A stretch of 64,000 nucleotides of DNA from Candidatus Poribacteria bacterium (GTDB taxonomy: Bacteria; Poribacteria; WGA-4E; PCPOR2b), in NCBI GenBank assembly GCA_965215015.1, contig OZ244042.1:2304001-2368000 (forward strand), read 5' to 3'. Within the stretch, counting starts at the first letter, position 1, and each line of letters begins with the position of its first letter. The translations under genes and the position numbers were made by a program. Positions 45,403 through 56,969 of this stretch are shown piece by piece. A model generated the notes under the pieces. It was given only the letters and a program-made list of their open reading frames with translations, did not search any database and was not told the origin of the DNA.

Positions 45403-46491
45403 TTACATCTTCATCTTCTCACTATTTTGGAGCACTTCCTGAATCTCTTTGACTGCCTTTGTCTCTGCCACGACGGTTTTCTGGAGCAATTTTATCGCCA
45501 CACGGCATGTCGGCTTAAAGTGTCTCATCGCTTCTTGTGGGCTCTGTGCCCCCCGATTCGAGTGTATCCACAAGCCAATCCGAGATAATCCCAAGCGGAG
45601 TCGGGCTTTCGGCTTTGCCTCCGTCGAAGAGGTTTCGCGCGCTTCAAGTGAAGGGAGTACCCTCTGAACGGTTTTGAGCAACACTACAACCTTCTGGTAC
45701 TCAGCAATTGCTTTATCCAGATGCTCCAGGTCCTCGTCTTCAAAATGTTCTCGAATCATCTGTAGGTAGTCCACAGCCGCTGTTCGAGCTTCAATAAATT
45801 GCGTCAGCGGCTGTCCACTCCACTTCATAACTTTAGAAACGTTATGCGGGGTCAGTTTCCTCCTGCGGCTTAGTAGACCGCTCAAGTGTGCGATGAGTTC
45901 GTCGTAGGCTGCGAGACCGATTGCACAACCGTGGATTTTTCGACGAGTCTCTGCTAATTTTCTCGCAACGCGTAAGGTTCCTAGGGCTGCGTCGCGCCCC
46001 TTGGGCTCGCGCTCACGCCCGCCAATCACGAATTGATAGTAGCCGTGAGGTCCCAATTCAAGAAATCCACCGCTCGGATGCCACTGTTTGTGCAGGTCCC
46101 CGGTTTTAATCTGATACCGAGAGCCATTTTGGCAGATAAGGGTTTCGGGACCGTCGGCCTGAGTAAGGAACGGACAGGAGTCGTCGAACGGTAGTAATGT
46201 CGGTTTTCCAGCGCGCGTATTTTCTTGAAGCCGCTCTGATGCAGCCTCGTAGGTGTCATCGTATGAGATTTCAAAGCTATAGCCGAGCGTCCGGCAGGTT
46301 GTGCGTAATGGGTTGTGAAAGAAGGTATTCATCCCCGCTTCAGGGTCAGCGCGGTTATAAAAGAAACGGAAGGCTTCACCGGACGCACCCATCAGATAGG
46401 TGTATGAAACATCTTCCTTGCGGTACCTCAGAGCTTCTTGGACAGTGTGGATGTAGTCTATAGGTCGTGCTAGGGTCATTGGTTGATTCAT
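45403..46491 (-). CDS. Hypothetical protein, BtrH_N-like N-terminus
   Basis: DVSYTYLMGASGEAFRF motif; helical C-terminus. Confidence 0.5.
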   Translation of the reverse strand: MNQPMTLARPIDYIHTVQEALRYRKEDVSYTYLMGASGEAFRFFYNRADPEAGMNTFFHNPLRTTCRTLGYSFEISYDDTYEAASERLQENTRAGKPTLLPFDDSCPFLTQADGPETLICQNGSRYQIKTGDLHKQWHPSGGFLELGPHGYYQFVIGGREREPKGRDAALGTLRVARKLAETRRKIHGCAIGLAAYDELIAHLSGLLSRRRKLTPHNVSKVMKWSGQPLTQFIEARTAAVDYLQMIREHFEDEDLEHLDKAIAEYQKVVVLLKTVQRVLPSLEARETSSTEAKPKARLRLGLSRIGLWIHSNRGAQSPQEAMRHFKPTCRVAIKLLQKTVVAETKAVKEIQEVLQNSEKMKM

Positions 46492-46637
46492 TGTTACTTC
46501 TCCCGGCTTTTTTTAGCCTTTGTGTCGGGTTTTCCCCAACATAAAATGATGGAGGGGTTCACTAGGTAAACAAGCTTACATGCGTTCACCCCAAGTGGAT
46601 TAATGGCCTCCACCATAGCGATACGGAATGACTATTA

Positions 46638-46654
46638 AGCATAAACCGTGCCAA
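46638..46654 (-). promoter_or_regulatory. Putative sigma54 (-24/-12) promoter
   Basis: TTGGCACGGTTTATGCT on the minus strand matches TGGCACG-N4-TTGC with correct GG/GC spacing and one mismatch. Confidence 0.6.
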
Positions 46655-47079
46655 CTTCGCATCCAGATCTATAAATGGGCTTAAACCCGCGTTATGACTG
46701 GATCTTACGGGAGAAGGCGTTGACCGGGATGGAATATTTGAATCGTTTCAAAATGTGACAGTTGAGAAAGGTCAAGGGAGGTTATTTGGAGGTAAAAAGT
46801 ACGCTGCAGCGCGTGAACACAGGTTTTACGATCGATTTGTTGCATTTTGCAACACGATACATTTTGCAACGGGGTGGTATGAAGCGTGGAGGCATAGGGG
46901 CATTTAGTTCTCTTGTAGGAGGGATTTCCAAATCCCACCACACCGTTCAAACAGCGAGAAAACCCAAAACTCAATAGTCCTACGTGGAGGCATTTTTCTT
47001 ATTGTCAACCACCGATGGTAGGTGTTAAAATACCTCTGAACATGAGCGGAATATCCGAATCTTAGATTTGAAGGGAAAC

Positions 47080-48069
47080 ATGCAGGTGAACAGGAACCGA
47101 GCCAAACTTGTCGTCGGCTCATTGATAGCAGAACCGGGACAAAGCGTCGAAGGACATCTAAAAGTGGGGAATATGCAGGATGGTACGCCCTTCCGATTGC
47201 CAATTGTTTTAATTAACGGTGCACAAAGTGGACAAACGCTCTACCTACAAGCGGCAAGTGATGGGGATGAGCTCAACGGGATTGCCGTTATCCATGAAAT
47301 TTTACGCCAGATTCATCCTGATAATTTGCGAGGCAGAATTATTGCCGTTCCGATCGTGAATTTTCACGCATTTCACGCCAGACAAGCCCACAGTCCCGTT
47401 GATAACATGAAGATGAATCGATGCTTCCCGGGGCGTCCCGACGGCACCTCTAGTGAACGAATTGCTTACAAACTCTTTCATACGGTCATCCGCCAAGCCC
47501 ACTACTGCATTGACCTCCATCAAGGCGGCGTCCACCCTATGATCGATGAGGTTCGGGTGCGTGTTGACCCAAAACACCCCCAACATGCAGCCTGCCTTGA
47601 GTTGGCGCGTATCTTTGGACTGGGTTACATTTTTGATCAGAAGGGACCGAAGGGACAACTTGCCCAAGCCGCACCGGAGATTGGTATTCCGACTATTGAT
47701 CCGGAGTTAGGTGGGTGTCACGGTTGGGACGCTGCCAGCATTGCAAAGGGTGTACAGGGTGTACTGAACATCCTGAGATACTACAACTTTATCGATGGAG
47801 AACCGAAGCTCCCCCAGCAGCAGGTCGTTATCAATCGGTTTGTGGCACTTTGTAGTAACCAGGGCGGTTTTGTGTACTACCAAGCTGACCTGTATGATCG
47901 GGTTGAAGCGTATCAGCCAATTGCGGGAATCTGTGACGTCTTTGGCCATCTGCGAGAAACCATCCGGGCTCCTGAAAATGGCATCTTCTGGTCGCGTCCG
48001 GTATACCCGATGGTTGCCAGCGGTGAATCGGTTGGGAAGATTGGTGTTCCGTCTGACTACATCCAGTAG
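47080..48069 (+). CDS. Succinylglutamate desuccinylase/aspartoacylase (M14-like) family protein
   Basis: SDGDELNG, MNRCFPG, IDLHQG, PELGG. Confidence 0.85.
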   Translation: MQVNRNRAKLVVGSLIAEPGQSVEGHLKVGNMQDGTPFRLPIVLINGAQSGQTLYLQAASDGDELNGIAVIHEILRQIHPDNLRGRIIAVPIVNFHAFHARQAHSPVDNMKMNRCFPGRPDGTSSERIAYKLFHTVIRQAHYCIDLHQGGVHPMIDEVRVRVDPKHPQHAACLELARIFGLGYIFDQKGPKGQLAQAAPEIGIPTIDPELGGCHGWDAASIAKGVQGVLNILRYYNFIDGEPKLPQQQVVINRFVALCSNQGGFVYYQADLYDRVEAYQPIAGICDVFGHLRETIRAPENGIFWSRPVYPMVASGESVGKIGVPSDYIQ

Positions 48070-48301
48070 AGGGGAGAGAACGAGACAGCCAGAAAACGAG
48101 CGGAATTTAACGCAAAGCATTTTTAATACATTGCGCCATAGCGGCCTAAAGTCTCCGGCCGTTGTGAAATCGCCCCGATTTCTGCAACGATCCCGATAAT
48201 TGTTACGGCATACGGAGTATGCCTAACTACCTTTATGGTACGATCACTGGTTGGAAAACCCCGACGAGTCGAAGGCAGGCTCTGTGGCTACGGGCAACCA
48301 T

Positions 48302-49270
48302 TCAACCCGGCTCTGTCTCCGCTAAAATCCCAACCCAATTCTCCCCGCTTTGCGTCACTTCATGGCTTTCTTTTAATTGACGGACTTCGATTACTCGAAA
48401 GCCATTTGCCGCTAACCGGGCTTCCACCTGCAACGCCTCTGGTGCCAGAATTCCCGACAGTATCAACCGACCCACCGGCTCAAGAAATTTCGGACATTGA
48501 GGAATCATCGGTAAGATGACTTTTGTGAGAATATTGGCGACAATGAGCGGATATTTCGGAAAAGGCAAATCGCTCGCCCCCGTCTTTTCAGATGATGTAG
48601 AAGCAATTTGCCTTTCGAGCGCATTCAGTCCATCGCCATGATGCAAATGGATGACTGATTCCACCTTGTTGAGTCGAACATTGCTTTGAGCAATTGGAAT
48701 CGTTGTTGTATCCAAATCAACAGCATCGACCCGCTTGGCACCTAGCTTGGCGGCTGCGATTGCCAAGATTCCAGAGCCGGTGCCAATATCGGCGACCATA
48801 TCGGAGTCCCTTATGGCTGCCTCCAGTAATTCCAACGCGAGTTGTGTCGTGGGGTGTTGCCCTGTGCCGAATGCCATGCCCGGATCTAATCGGATTAAGA
48901 CTTCATATGGCTCGGGCATAATATTATCCCATGTCGGCGCAATGACCAAGCGTTTTCCAATCCTTTGAGGTGGAAAGGCTGACCGCCACTGCTCTGACCA
49001 GTTATCTCCCTCCATGGACCTTAGCGTAACTGTTGCAGGTCGTGTATCGATTCCCACCTGAATTAAGCCCGCTAGAAATTCACGCAAATCCTGGACTCGC
49101 TCACCAATGAGGTCGTCTGTCGGGAAGTAGGAAATCAGTGTAACTGCGGGAGCGTTTGCGGAGGGGGTGTCTTTTATTTGAATGCCTGTTGCGTCGCGCT
49201 CAAAGAGATGGTTTGCGACAGCGTCCGAGGCTTCTTGAGAGGTTGTGATTGTTACCTGAGCCCATTTCAT
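48302..49270 (-). CDS. prmA: Ribosomal protein L11 methyltransferase
   Basis: LDPGMAFGTGQHPTT, DIGTGSGIL, VANI, LILSGI; follows dnaJ. Confidence 0.93.
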   Translation of the reverse strand: MKWAQVTITTSQEASDAVANHLFERDATGIQIKDTPSANAPAVTLISYFPTDDLIGERVQDLREFLAGLIQVGIDTRPATVTLRSMEGDNWSEQWRSAFPPQRIGKRLVIAPTWDNIMPEPYEVLIRLDPGMAFGTGQHPTTQLALELLEAAIRDSDMVADIGTGSGILAIAAAKLGAKRVDAVDLDTTTIPIAQSNVRLNKVESVIHLHHGDGLNALERQIASTSSEKTGASDLPFPKYPLIVANILTKVILPMIPQCPKFLEPVGRLILSGILAPEALQVEARLAANGFRVIEVRQLKESHEVTQSGENWVGILAETEPG

Positions 49271-49385
49271 ATCTTGGTGGGGCGTAGAGGTACCCGACTG
49301 AGAAAAAATGTAGTGCTTTACTTTACCCTGTCAGGGTTTATAGAGCCCGCCCCCACTTCAACTACCTCTATTCCTGTAGCTGTGC

Positions 49386-50543
49386 TTATTCGTTTTTGTT
49401 TTCGTCGCGGTCATCATGGCGATGGAAAAGCTTATCACCGAGTTTATCGAAAAAGCCTGAATTTTCTTCCACCTCACCTTTACCGCGAACCCGTACAAAC
49501 GCTTCCAAAATCACCTTTTCTCGTTCTGTTAGGTTCGTCGGGGTTTCGACCTGAATTTCAACAATGAGATCTCCAGAACCGTAGTGGTTGTAGTAGGGAA
49601 CGCCTTTCTTGGGAATGCGTAATCTCGCACCAAACTGTGTACCACCGGGAACCGTGAGTTTGGCTGTGCCATCGATTGTCGGGATTTCAATTTCGGTGCC
49701 GAGCGCAGCTTGCGGGAATGAAATTTTCGCCCTTGTCACCAGATCATTGTTTTCCCGTACAAAAAGTTCGTGCGGTGCCACGTGGATAATAACAAAGAGG
49801 TCACCGGGCGGGCCGCCGTTGACTCCCGCTTCGCCTTCACTCCGCATCTGAATCTTGGCGCCGGTGTCAACCCCCTTGGGGATGCCAACCTTAATCTGGC
49901 GAATCTTCCGAACAAGCCCCTGACCGTTGCATTCGCTACAAGGGTTTGGAATCACCCGGCCTTCACCCTGACAGCGCGGGCAGGTGCGCGACATACTAAA
50001 GAAGCCTTGTGTTCGTGTGACTTGCCCACGCCCAAAACATTCTGGGCAGGTCTCGGGTATGGATCCGGCTTCAGCACCAGTACCATGACAGGTTTGACAG
50101 GTTTCCAAGCGAGGGACATCAATGGTCAAGGTCTTTCCCAGTATGACATCTTCTAAGGAGATTTGCAGGTCATATTGAAGGCTTCGCCCACGTTTCGGTC
50201 CTCCCTGCCTGCGGCTAGATCCACCAAATCCGAAGAGATCGCCAAAGTCACCGAAAATGTCCCCGACGATATCCTCAAAGTTACCAAAGTCAAATCCACC
50301 TGTCCCCATCATTCCTTCTAGCCCTGCATGACCAAACTGGTCATAGCGGCTACGTTTTTCGGAGTCACGCAATACCTCGTACGCTTCGGTTGCCTCTTTG
50401 AATTTTTCCTCAGCTTCTTTATTATCAGGATTCTTATCAGGGTGGTATTTAATTGCCAGCTTACGGTAGGCTTTCTTAATCTCATCTTCGCCTGCGTTTC
50501 GACTGACATTGAGTACTTCATAATAGTCGCGTTTTTGCACCAT
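49386..50543 (-). CDS. dnaJ: Chaperone DnaJ
   Basis: J-domain HPD, G/F-rich region, four CxxCxGxG repeats. Confidence 0.97.
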   Translation of the reverse strand: MVQKRDYYEVLNVSRNAGEDEIKKAYRKLAIKYHPDKNPDNKEAEEKFKEATEAYEVLRDSEKRSRYDQFGHAGLEGMMGTGGFDFGNFEDIVGDIFGDFGDLFGFGGSSRRQGGPKRGRSLQYDLQISLEDVILGKTLTIDVPRLETCQTCHGTGAEAGSIPETCPECFGRGQVTRTQGFFSMSRTCPRCQGEGRVIPNPCSECNGQGLVRKIRQIKVGIPKGVDTGAKIQMRSEGEAGVNGGPPGDLFVIIHVAPHELFVRENNDLVTRAKISFPQAALGTEIEIPTIDGTAKLTVPGGTQFGARLRIPKKGVPYYNHYGSGDLIVEIQVETPTNLTEREKVILEAFVRVRGKGEVEENSGFFDKLGDKLFHRHDDRDENKNE

Positions 50544-50804
50544 GGGGCCTCCCCACTATTTTTTATAGCAATAAGTAGATAGGGGCTTTTCTCTGAACTT
50601 AACGCAAAGCTGTCCCCGCTTCCACCTCCCCATGCTTGCGGAGGATTCGAGGGGTGTATCGTTCCGCCTCATCGCGAGCCGCACGAAGAAACGAAATCCC
50701 CCCTTCCATGACAAAGCGGAAAACGGAAAGCCGGTTCCGTCGCTTTCTCGTTTTCTTTTTTTTGCATCTTAGCCCCCTTGCGTTTAATTAAAAGCCGGTA
50801 GTAA

Positions 50805-52748
50805 CTACTTATTCCCTTTTTTATTTTTTTTGTCGTCCGTGTTTTGGTCAACAACTTCCGCTTCAGCATCGATAACAGTTTCGTCCGATGTTTCTGCTGC
50901 TGTCGTTGCATTTGCTGCTTCGGCTGTAGTTTTGGATTCGGCTGCTGCTTGAGCATACATTACTTCTGCTAATTTATGGCTCACTTGTGTCAGCGCATCG
51001 GTATCTGCCTTAATGGCTTCGATATCATTTCGGTTCAATGTTTCCCTTAACTTCTCGATTGCCCTCTGGACTTCGTTGCGATCTGCTTCAGAGATTTTAT
51101 CCCCATATTCGTTAAGGGACTTTTCCGTGCTATAAATTAGCGAGTCGGCACTGTTGCGCGCCTCGGCTTCCTCTCTCCTTTGTGAATCTTCTTCGGCGTG
51201 ATCTTCGGCGTCTGTAACCATCTGCTCGATTTCCTCGTCGGACAAACCACTTGAGGATTCAATCCGAATTTTCTGCTCTTTCCCTGTGCCAAGGTCTTTC
51301 GCAGAAACATGCACAATGCCATTTGCATCGATATCAAACGTTACGTCAATCTGTGGCACTCCACGCGGTGCCGGGGGAATACCTATCAGATCGAATCTGC
51401 CCAGTGTGCGATTATAGACCGCCATATCCCGCTCGCCCTGTAGCACATGTATACTCACAGCTTCTTGGTTATCCGAAGCCGTTGAAAAGGTTTGGCTTTT
51501 CTTGGTCGGGATGGTGGTATTGCGTTCGATCAGGCGAGTAAAGACGCTGCCAAGTGTCTCGATACCGAGTGAAAGGGGTGTGACATCGAGCAACAGCACA
51601 TCCTTGACCCCCTCATCGCCGGATAGGACGCCGCCTTGGATTGCCGCCCCAATAGCGACTACTTCATCGGGGTTCACTCCTCTGTGCGGCTCCTTACCGA
51701 AAAATTGCTCAACCGCTTCTTGTACCTTCGGCATCCGCGTCTGACCGCCGACCAGCACAACTTCATCAATGTCGGATGCGTTTAACTCAGCATCAGCAAG
51801 GGCTTGGCGACACGGTTCAATTGCCCGATCAATGAGGTCTGCAGTCAGCTGCTCCAGTTTTGCGCGCGTGAGCGTAAGATTCAAATGCTTGGGACCGCTT
51901 GCGTCTGCGGTAATAAAAGGCAGATTAATCTCTGACTGTAGTGCCGTTGATAATTCACACTTTGCTTTTTCTGCTGCTTCCCTCAAGCGTTGGAGTGCCA
52001 TTGGGTCTTGCCGCAGATCCATGCCGTTCTCGTTACGAAATTCTTCGGCTAACCAATCAACAATCTTCTCATCGAAGTCATCTCCCCCCAAATGTGTGTC
52101 CCCATTTGTACTTTTAACCTCGAAAATACCTTCGCCAATCTCAAGGATTGAGATATCAAAGGTGCCTCCACCTAAATCATAAACGGCGATTTTCTGATCC
52201 GTCTTTTTGTCTAATCCATAAGCGAGAGAAGCCGCTGTCGGTTCGTTGATAATTCGCAGTACTTCGAGGCCAGCGATTTGTCCGGCGTCTTTGGTGGCTT
52301 GGCGTTGTGCATCGTTAAAATATGCAGGCACCGTAATGACAGCTTGCGTTACCGTTTCACCGAGATACGATTCCGCTGTCTCCTTCATTTTACGCAAAAC
52401 GAGGCCTGAAATCTCAGGAGGGGCGTGCTCACGATCGTCAATCTTGATTCTTGCTTCGCTATCGCTGCCCCCAATTACTGCATAAGGCACCCGCTGCATT
52501 TCCTCGTTAACCTCATTATAACGCCTCCCCATGAAACGTTTGACCGAAGATACAGTGTTCTGGGGGTTTGTCACTGCCTGCCGCTTCGCAACCTGCCCAA
52601 CAATCCGGTCACCATCTTTCGTAAAAGCGACTACGGAAGGGGTGGTACGGTTACCTTCAGCATTTTCGAGGACCTTCGGTTCTCCGCTCTCTAAAACGGC
52701 AACGCACGAATTGGTTGTACCGAGGTCTATGCCGATTACTTTACTCAT
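50805..52748 (-). CDS. dnaK: Chaperone DnaK
   Basis: [30 protein letters not shown]; start overlaps the grpE stop. Confidence 0.98.
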   Translation of the reverse strand: MSKVIGIDLGTTNSCVAVLESGEPKVLENAEGNRTTPSVVAFTKDGDRIVGQVAKRQAVTNPQNTVSSVKRFMGRRYNEVNEEMQRVPYAVIGGSDSEARIKIDDREHAPPEISGLVLRKMKETAESYLGETVTQAVITVPAYFNDAQRQATKDAGQIAGLEVLRIINEPTAASLAYGLDKKTDQKIAVYDLGGGTFDISILEIGEGIFEVKSTNGDTHLGGDDFDEKIVDWLAEEFRNENGMDLRQDPMALQRLREAAEKAKCELSTALQSEINLPFITADASGPKHLNLTLTRAKLEQLTADLIDRAIEPCRQALADAELNASDIDEVVLVGGQTRMPKVQEAVEQFFGKEPHRGVNPDEVVAIGAAIQGGVLSGDEGVKDVLLLDVTPLSLGIETLGSVFTRLIERNTTIPTKKSQTFSTASDNQEAVSIHVLQGERDMAVYNRTLGRFDLIGIPPAPRGVPQIDVTFDIDANGIVHVSAKDLGTGKEQKIRIESSSGLSDEEIEQMVTDAEDHAEEDSQRREEAEARNSADSLIYSTEKSLNEYGDKISEADRNEVQRAIEKLRETLNRNDIEAIKADTDALTQVSHKLAEVMYAQAAAESKTTAEAANATTAAETSDETVIDAEAEVVDQNTDDKKNKKGNK

Positions 52749-53379
52749 TTGATGCTTCCTCCTCGACGTTCGGGACTTCACTTTCCGCAACCTGTTCGCC
52801 TTTTCCTTTAGAGACCGAAACCATTGATGGACGAATCACGCGGTTATTTAACATATACCCTTTTTGCCACTCTTCAATAACTCTATTTTCGGGGACATCC
52901 TCTGATTCGACGTGCATCACCGCTTCATGTTGCGTAGGATCGAATGGTTCATTGACGGCTTCAATTGGGGTGACACCACGTTTTTCAAGGGTGCTAAGAA
53001 TGCCTTTGTAAATCATCCCAACTCCCTCAGCGAGGGCGGCAAAATCTTGAGATTCTTTTGTCGACTGGATCGCTCTTTCGATACTGTCTACGGTCGGGAT
53101 TAACTCTTTTACAAAGCTTTCAAGTGCGTATTTTAAGGATTCCTCTTTCTCACGTTCAGCCCGTTTTCTTGAATTATCGAACTCCGCAATGGTGCGAAGC
53201 ATCTGATCGTGTCGTGCCTCAAACTCGGCTTTATATGCCTCATATTCGGCTGTAAGCTTAGCAAGTGCCTCCGCTTCGGGTGAGTCTCCCGACTCATCGT
53301 TAATCGGTGGACTTTCTGCTGTTTCTGAATTGGCTGTTTGTGTTTCTGTTTCTTGCACTTCTGCTTTTTTTTCTGACAT
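52741..53379 (-). CDS. grpE: Nucleotide exchange factor GrpE
   Basis: [33 protein letters not shown]. Confidence 0.95.
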   Translation of the reverse strand: MSEKKAEVQETETQTANSETAESPPINDESGDSPEAEALAKLTAEYEAYKAEFEARHDQMLRTIAEFDNSRKRAEREKEESLKYALESFVKELIPTVDSIERAIQSTKESQDFAALAEGVGMIYKGILSTLEKRGVTPIEAVNEPFDPTQHEAVMHVESEDVPENRVIEEWQKGYMLNNRVIRPSMVSVSKGKGEQVAESEVPNVEEEASNE

Positions 53380-53433
53380 AGGTATAACCTCTCTAAGGGA
53401 TAGCTACAAAGTAGTCTTCACATCTTGCCGGTA

Positions 53434-54474
53434 CTACAGTGATTCTTCAAACAATTCACTAATCATCCGGGATGTAAATTTGACAATTGATACGATACGC
53501 GGATACGCCATCCGGGTCGGCCCAATGACACCTATGGTCCCAAACTGATTCCCTCGTACCCGGTAGCTTGATCTTACGATACTGCACATTTCCATACCTT
53601 CACAACCGTTTTCACTACCAATGAGTACCTGAATTCCAAGGGGTTCTTGCCGAGCGGACAACAAATCGGCAACCTGCTCCTTCTGTTCTAAGACTCGAAA
53701 TAGCGATTCGATTTTCTGGACTTCTCCAAATTCAGGATGACTGAAGAAGTTGGAAGTACCATCAATATAAACATGAATTTCCTGCTCTAGCGCAAAGGTG
53801 TTCCGCGTGACAACCGATATTGGGTCTGACAGAGGGAGGTCGAAAACAGCTTTCAACTTTGCAGGGTCCTGTGAAATCCGCCGTATCTGTTTCAATGGCA
53901 GCCCTGCTAACTTTTCATTTAATATCCGGTTTATCTGATAGAGTTCCGCATCGGACAGATTTTTAGGAATCGAAACGACCTGGTTCTTGACGACGCCAGA
54001 AGCCATCAGTAAAATCGCGAGTATGTGCTCACTGTCAATCGAGATAAGCTCAAGGCGGCGTAGGATACTCTCATGCAACTCTGGGCTCAAGACGACGCCG
54101 ATATGGTGCGAAATCGCAGACAGGATTTTGGAGGTCTGCTCCATGATCTCTTCAAAATCGTGACTAGATGAAGCGTAACTATCTCGGATAAATTGCCTGT
54201 CCCTTCGACTCAACTTCTGGTTGGTCATCAGGCGATCGACATAGACACGATAACCCTGCTCCGTTGGAACACGCCCGGCAGAGGTGTGAGGATGAGTCAG
54301 ATAGCCAAGCTCCTCGAGGGCCGCCATGGTATTCCTAAGCGTTGCCGCACTTAAGCCCATGTCATAGTCTTGCACAATTTTCTGTGAACTGACGGGCTCA
54401 GCTGTCCGATTATAGCAATCGATAATTGCTTCTAAAACGGCATGTTTTCGGGAATCTAGCACAGGAGTGATCAA
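53434..54474 (-). CDS. hrcA: Heat-inducible transcription repressor HrcA
   Basis: SAATLRNTMAALEELGYL, PHTSAGRVPT, GVIGPTRMAY. Confidence 0.95.
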   Translation of the reverse strand: MITPVLDSRKHAVLEAIIDCYNRTAEPVSSQKIVQDYDMGLSAATLRNTMAALEELGYLTHPHTSAGRVPTEQGYRVYVDRLMTNQKLSRRDRQFIRDSYASSSHDFEEIMEQTSKILSAISHHIGVVLSPELHESILRRLELISIDSEHILAILLMASGVVKNQVVSIPKNLSDAELYQINRILNEKLAGLPLKQIRRISQDPAKLKAVFDLPLSDPISVVTRNTFALEQEIHVYIDGTSNFFSHPEFGEVQKIESLFRVLEQKEQVADLLSARQEPLGIQVLIGSENGCEGMEMCSIVRSSYRVRGNQFGTIGVIGPTRMAYPRIVSIVKFTSRMISELFEESL

Positions 54475-54501
54475 CAGGATCGCCTCAATTTGCAGGGTAT
54501 T

Positions 54502-54528
54502 TTAGCACTCTGCTCTTGAGAGTGCTAA
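54502..54528. promoter_or_regulatory. CIRCE operator
   Basis: Perfect TTAGCACTC-N9-GAGTGCTAA upstream of hrcA. Confidence 0.97.
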
Positions 54529-54534
54529 CGAGTT

Positions 54535-54563
54535 AAATTACCATTTTCAGAGGGATTTGTCAA
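54535..54563 (-). promoter_or_regulatory. Sigma70 promoter of the hrcA-dnaK operon
   Basis: TTGACA-N17-TAATTT with TGn extension, directly upstream of CIRCE. Confidence 0.65.
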
Positions 54564-54966
54564 GCAAAATGTCATGGTCATAAAAATTAACAAGTGGGCA
54601 ACAAAACAAAAAGGGAACGTAGCAGACGGAGAATTGGTTACATTACAAATTGGGGTGCTCATAATAATAGTCTGAATCTCGGATTAAGCAGAGGACGCAG
54701 ATTGCACGGATTCTTGGCCCGCGCGGGTTAGAAACCCACAACCGTATAGGTTAAGTCGATTGCCGGTCTATATTCACATCTCGACAAAATACGGTTGCGC
54801 CACAATCTTGGCTCAATCAACCCGGAACCTCTAGATATTGTCGATTTTGGAAAATCGACCTACAAAAGTCTTGATTGTCTGGTTGTGATGAAATGTCAAC
54901 AGAGCCTAGCAACTTGGGTTATCTTTAACTGAATACGCTCGAATTTTCAATAGGTAACTGCTTCGA

Positions 54967-56778
54967 CTATCCCACCTCTTGCCCTTTGTATTGAAGCTGA
55001 TACAACCGATAGTAAATCCCTCGTTGCTGTAGCAGTTCATTGTGCGTCCCCATCTCCTGAATCTCACCGCGGTGCAGGACGATGATCTTATCCGCATTTT
55101 GAATGGTCGACAGCCGGTGTGCAATCGCGATTGATGTCCGATTTGCCATCAGGCGACTCAGGGCGTCCTGAACGAGGAGTTCGGTTTCGGTGTCCACGCT
55201 GGAGGTTGCCTCATCGAGAATCAGTATATCGGGATCGGAAGCCAGCGCACGTGCGAAGGCAACGAGCTGCTTTTGCCCAACCGATAGCCCCGCTCCGCCC
55301 TCTTTGATTTCTGTTGCGTAGCCCTCCGGCATTCTCTGCACGTACCTATCTAGATGAACCTCTTTTGCAGCGGCGATGGTCTGCTCCTTTGAAATCTCGG
55401 GATTGTCCAGATTGATATTCTTCTCAATGGTCCCGGAAAATAGGAAAATATTCTGCTGCACAATGTTGATAGCACGGCGGAGGTCTGCCAACTCTATCTC
55501 CCGAAGATCTATGCCATCAATTAGAACTTGGCCCCGGCTCACTTCATAAAATCGACATAACAGGTTGATAATCGATGTTTTGCCGGACCCGGTATGCCCC
55601 ACAAATGCGACCTTTTCGCCCGCCTTCACCTTGAAGGAGACATCGCGCAGGACATAATTCTCTGCGTTATAGGCGAGCCAGACATTGCGGAACTCGATCT
55701 CGCCGTTTAACCCGTCTAATGCTTTGGCTGGAGTTGGGTTGACAATATTCGGCTGCGTATCCATCAAATCAAAGATCCGTTCAGACGACGCCATCGCGTT
55801 TTGGAAGATCGTGTATTTCTCACTGAGCTCACGAATGGGCCAGAACAATCGCTGACTGTATTGGATGAAAGCGAACAATACGCCGAAAGTCATCGCATCT
55901 TGCAGAATCTGCCCGCCACCATACCAGATAATAACCGCCAGTGCAAGCGAGCCACAGACTTCGATCATCGGAGAGAAGAGCGAGAAGTAGAAGATGCTAC
56001 GCAGGTTTGCGCCGAGGTATTGCTTATTCCTCTCATCGAATTGCAGCCAGCTGCGCGGCTCCCGCGCAAACAGCTGCATCGTTGTCATGCCGACGATATT
56101 TTCGTTCAGGAAGGCATTAATCTGGGCAAGATACCTGCGCTGATCGCGGAAAGCGCGACGGGAATAGACCTGATAAACAGTCGTTGCCGCAAAGATGATC
56201 GGTAACACAGTAAAAGTTACCAACGCCAGCTTCCAATTCAAGAGTAGCATCGCTACCACGTAGCCGAAGATACTGAGTAAGTTCCCAAAGACCGTAATAA
56301 CTCCGGAGGTAAATAGCTCTTTTAGTACCTCCACATCGCCCATGACACGGGTCATCAGTCTACCCACCGGATTGTTGTCAAAGAAACGGACATCCAACCG
56401 CTGCAGATGTGAAAAGAGCGACATGCGCATGTCATACATCGCTTTCTGCCCGACTATCTGCATTCCGTATTCTTCAAAATAGGTAAATATGAATCTCGCC
56501 ACTAGAACGAGCACATAATAGATTGCAATCGTTTCCAGTCCCTGCAGATTTCCCGGCTGAATATGGTTATCAATTCCAAGCTGTGTCAGATAGGGCAGCA
56601 ACGCTTCAGATGCCGAGTAGCCAATCATCAAAAGCACGATGAACGCAACTTCAAGCCGATACGGTTTTAGGTAAGCGATCAGCCGTTTCATCAACTCCCG
56701 ATCATACACTTTACCGAGCTGGTCTTCTTCTTCGCTATAGTCGTAGAGTTGACTACCACTACCACCGCTACCAAACAT
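54967..56778 (-). CDS. Heterodimeric ABC exporter subunit (MdlB/YheH-like)
   Basis: GHTGSGKT, degenerate signature LSVGQKQL, LILDEATSSVD. Confidence 0.9.
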   Translation of the reverse strand: MFGSGGSGSQLYDYSEEEDQLGKVYDRELMKRLIAYLKPYRLEVAFIVLLMIGYSASEALLPYLTQLGIDNHIQPGNLQGLETIAIYYVLVLVARFIFTYFEEYGMQIVGQKAMYDMRMSLFSHLQRLDVRFFDNNPVGRLMTRVMGDVEVLKELFTSGVITVFGNLLSIFGYVVAMLLLNWKLALVTFTVLPIIFAATTVYQVYSRRAFRDQRRYLAQINAFLNENIVGMTTMQLFAREPRSWLQFDERNKQYLGANLRSIFYFSLFSPMIEVCGSLALAVIIWYGGGQILQDAMTFGVLFAFIQYSQRLFWPIRELSEKYTIFQNAMASSERIFDLMDTQPNIVNPTPAKALDGLNGEIEFRNVWLAYNAENYVLRDVSFKVKAGEKVAFVGHTGSGKTSIINLLCRFYEVSRGQVLIDGIDLREIELADLRRAINIVQQNIFLFSGTIEKNINLDNPEISKEQTIAAAKEVHLDRYVQRMPEGYATEIKEGGAGLSVGQKQLVAFARALASDPDILILDEATSSVDTETELLVQDALSRLMANRTSIAIAHRLSTIQNADKIIVLHRGEIQEMGTHNELLQQRGIYYRLYQLQYKGQEVG

Positions 56779-56969
56779 AGATAAATCCTCCTTCGTTCAT
56801 GTTAAGAAATCGTGCAAAAGAGCCCCCTTTAAGCTCTCCTCTAATCCCCCACAAGTGGGGAGAACCAACCCTCCTCCCCTCGCCTGCGGGAGACTAGAGG
56901 AGGGACCGGTTTCTCTTCGTGTTTTGTACTCTCTTTTTGCAGGAACCTTCCCCTTTTACCGAAATCTTG

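Noticed and set aside
48302-54563. Heat-shock operon as a novelty
   Set aside because: CIRCE-hrcA-grpE-dnaK-dnaJ-prmA is the canonical arrangement.
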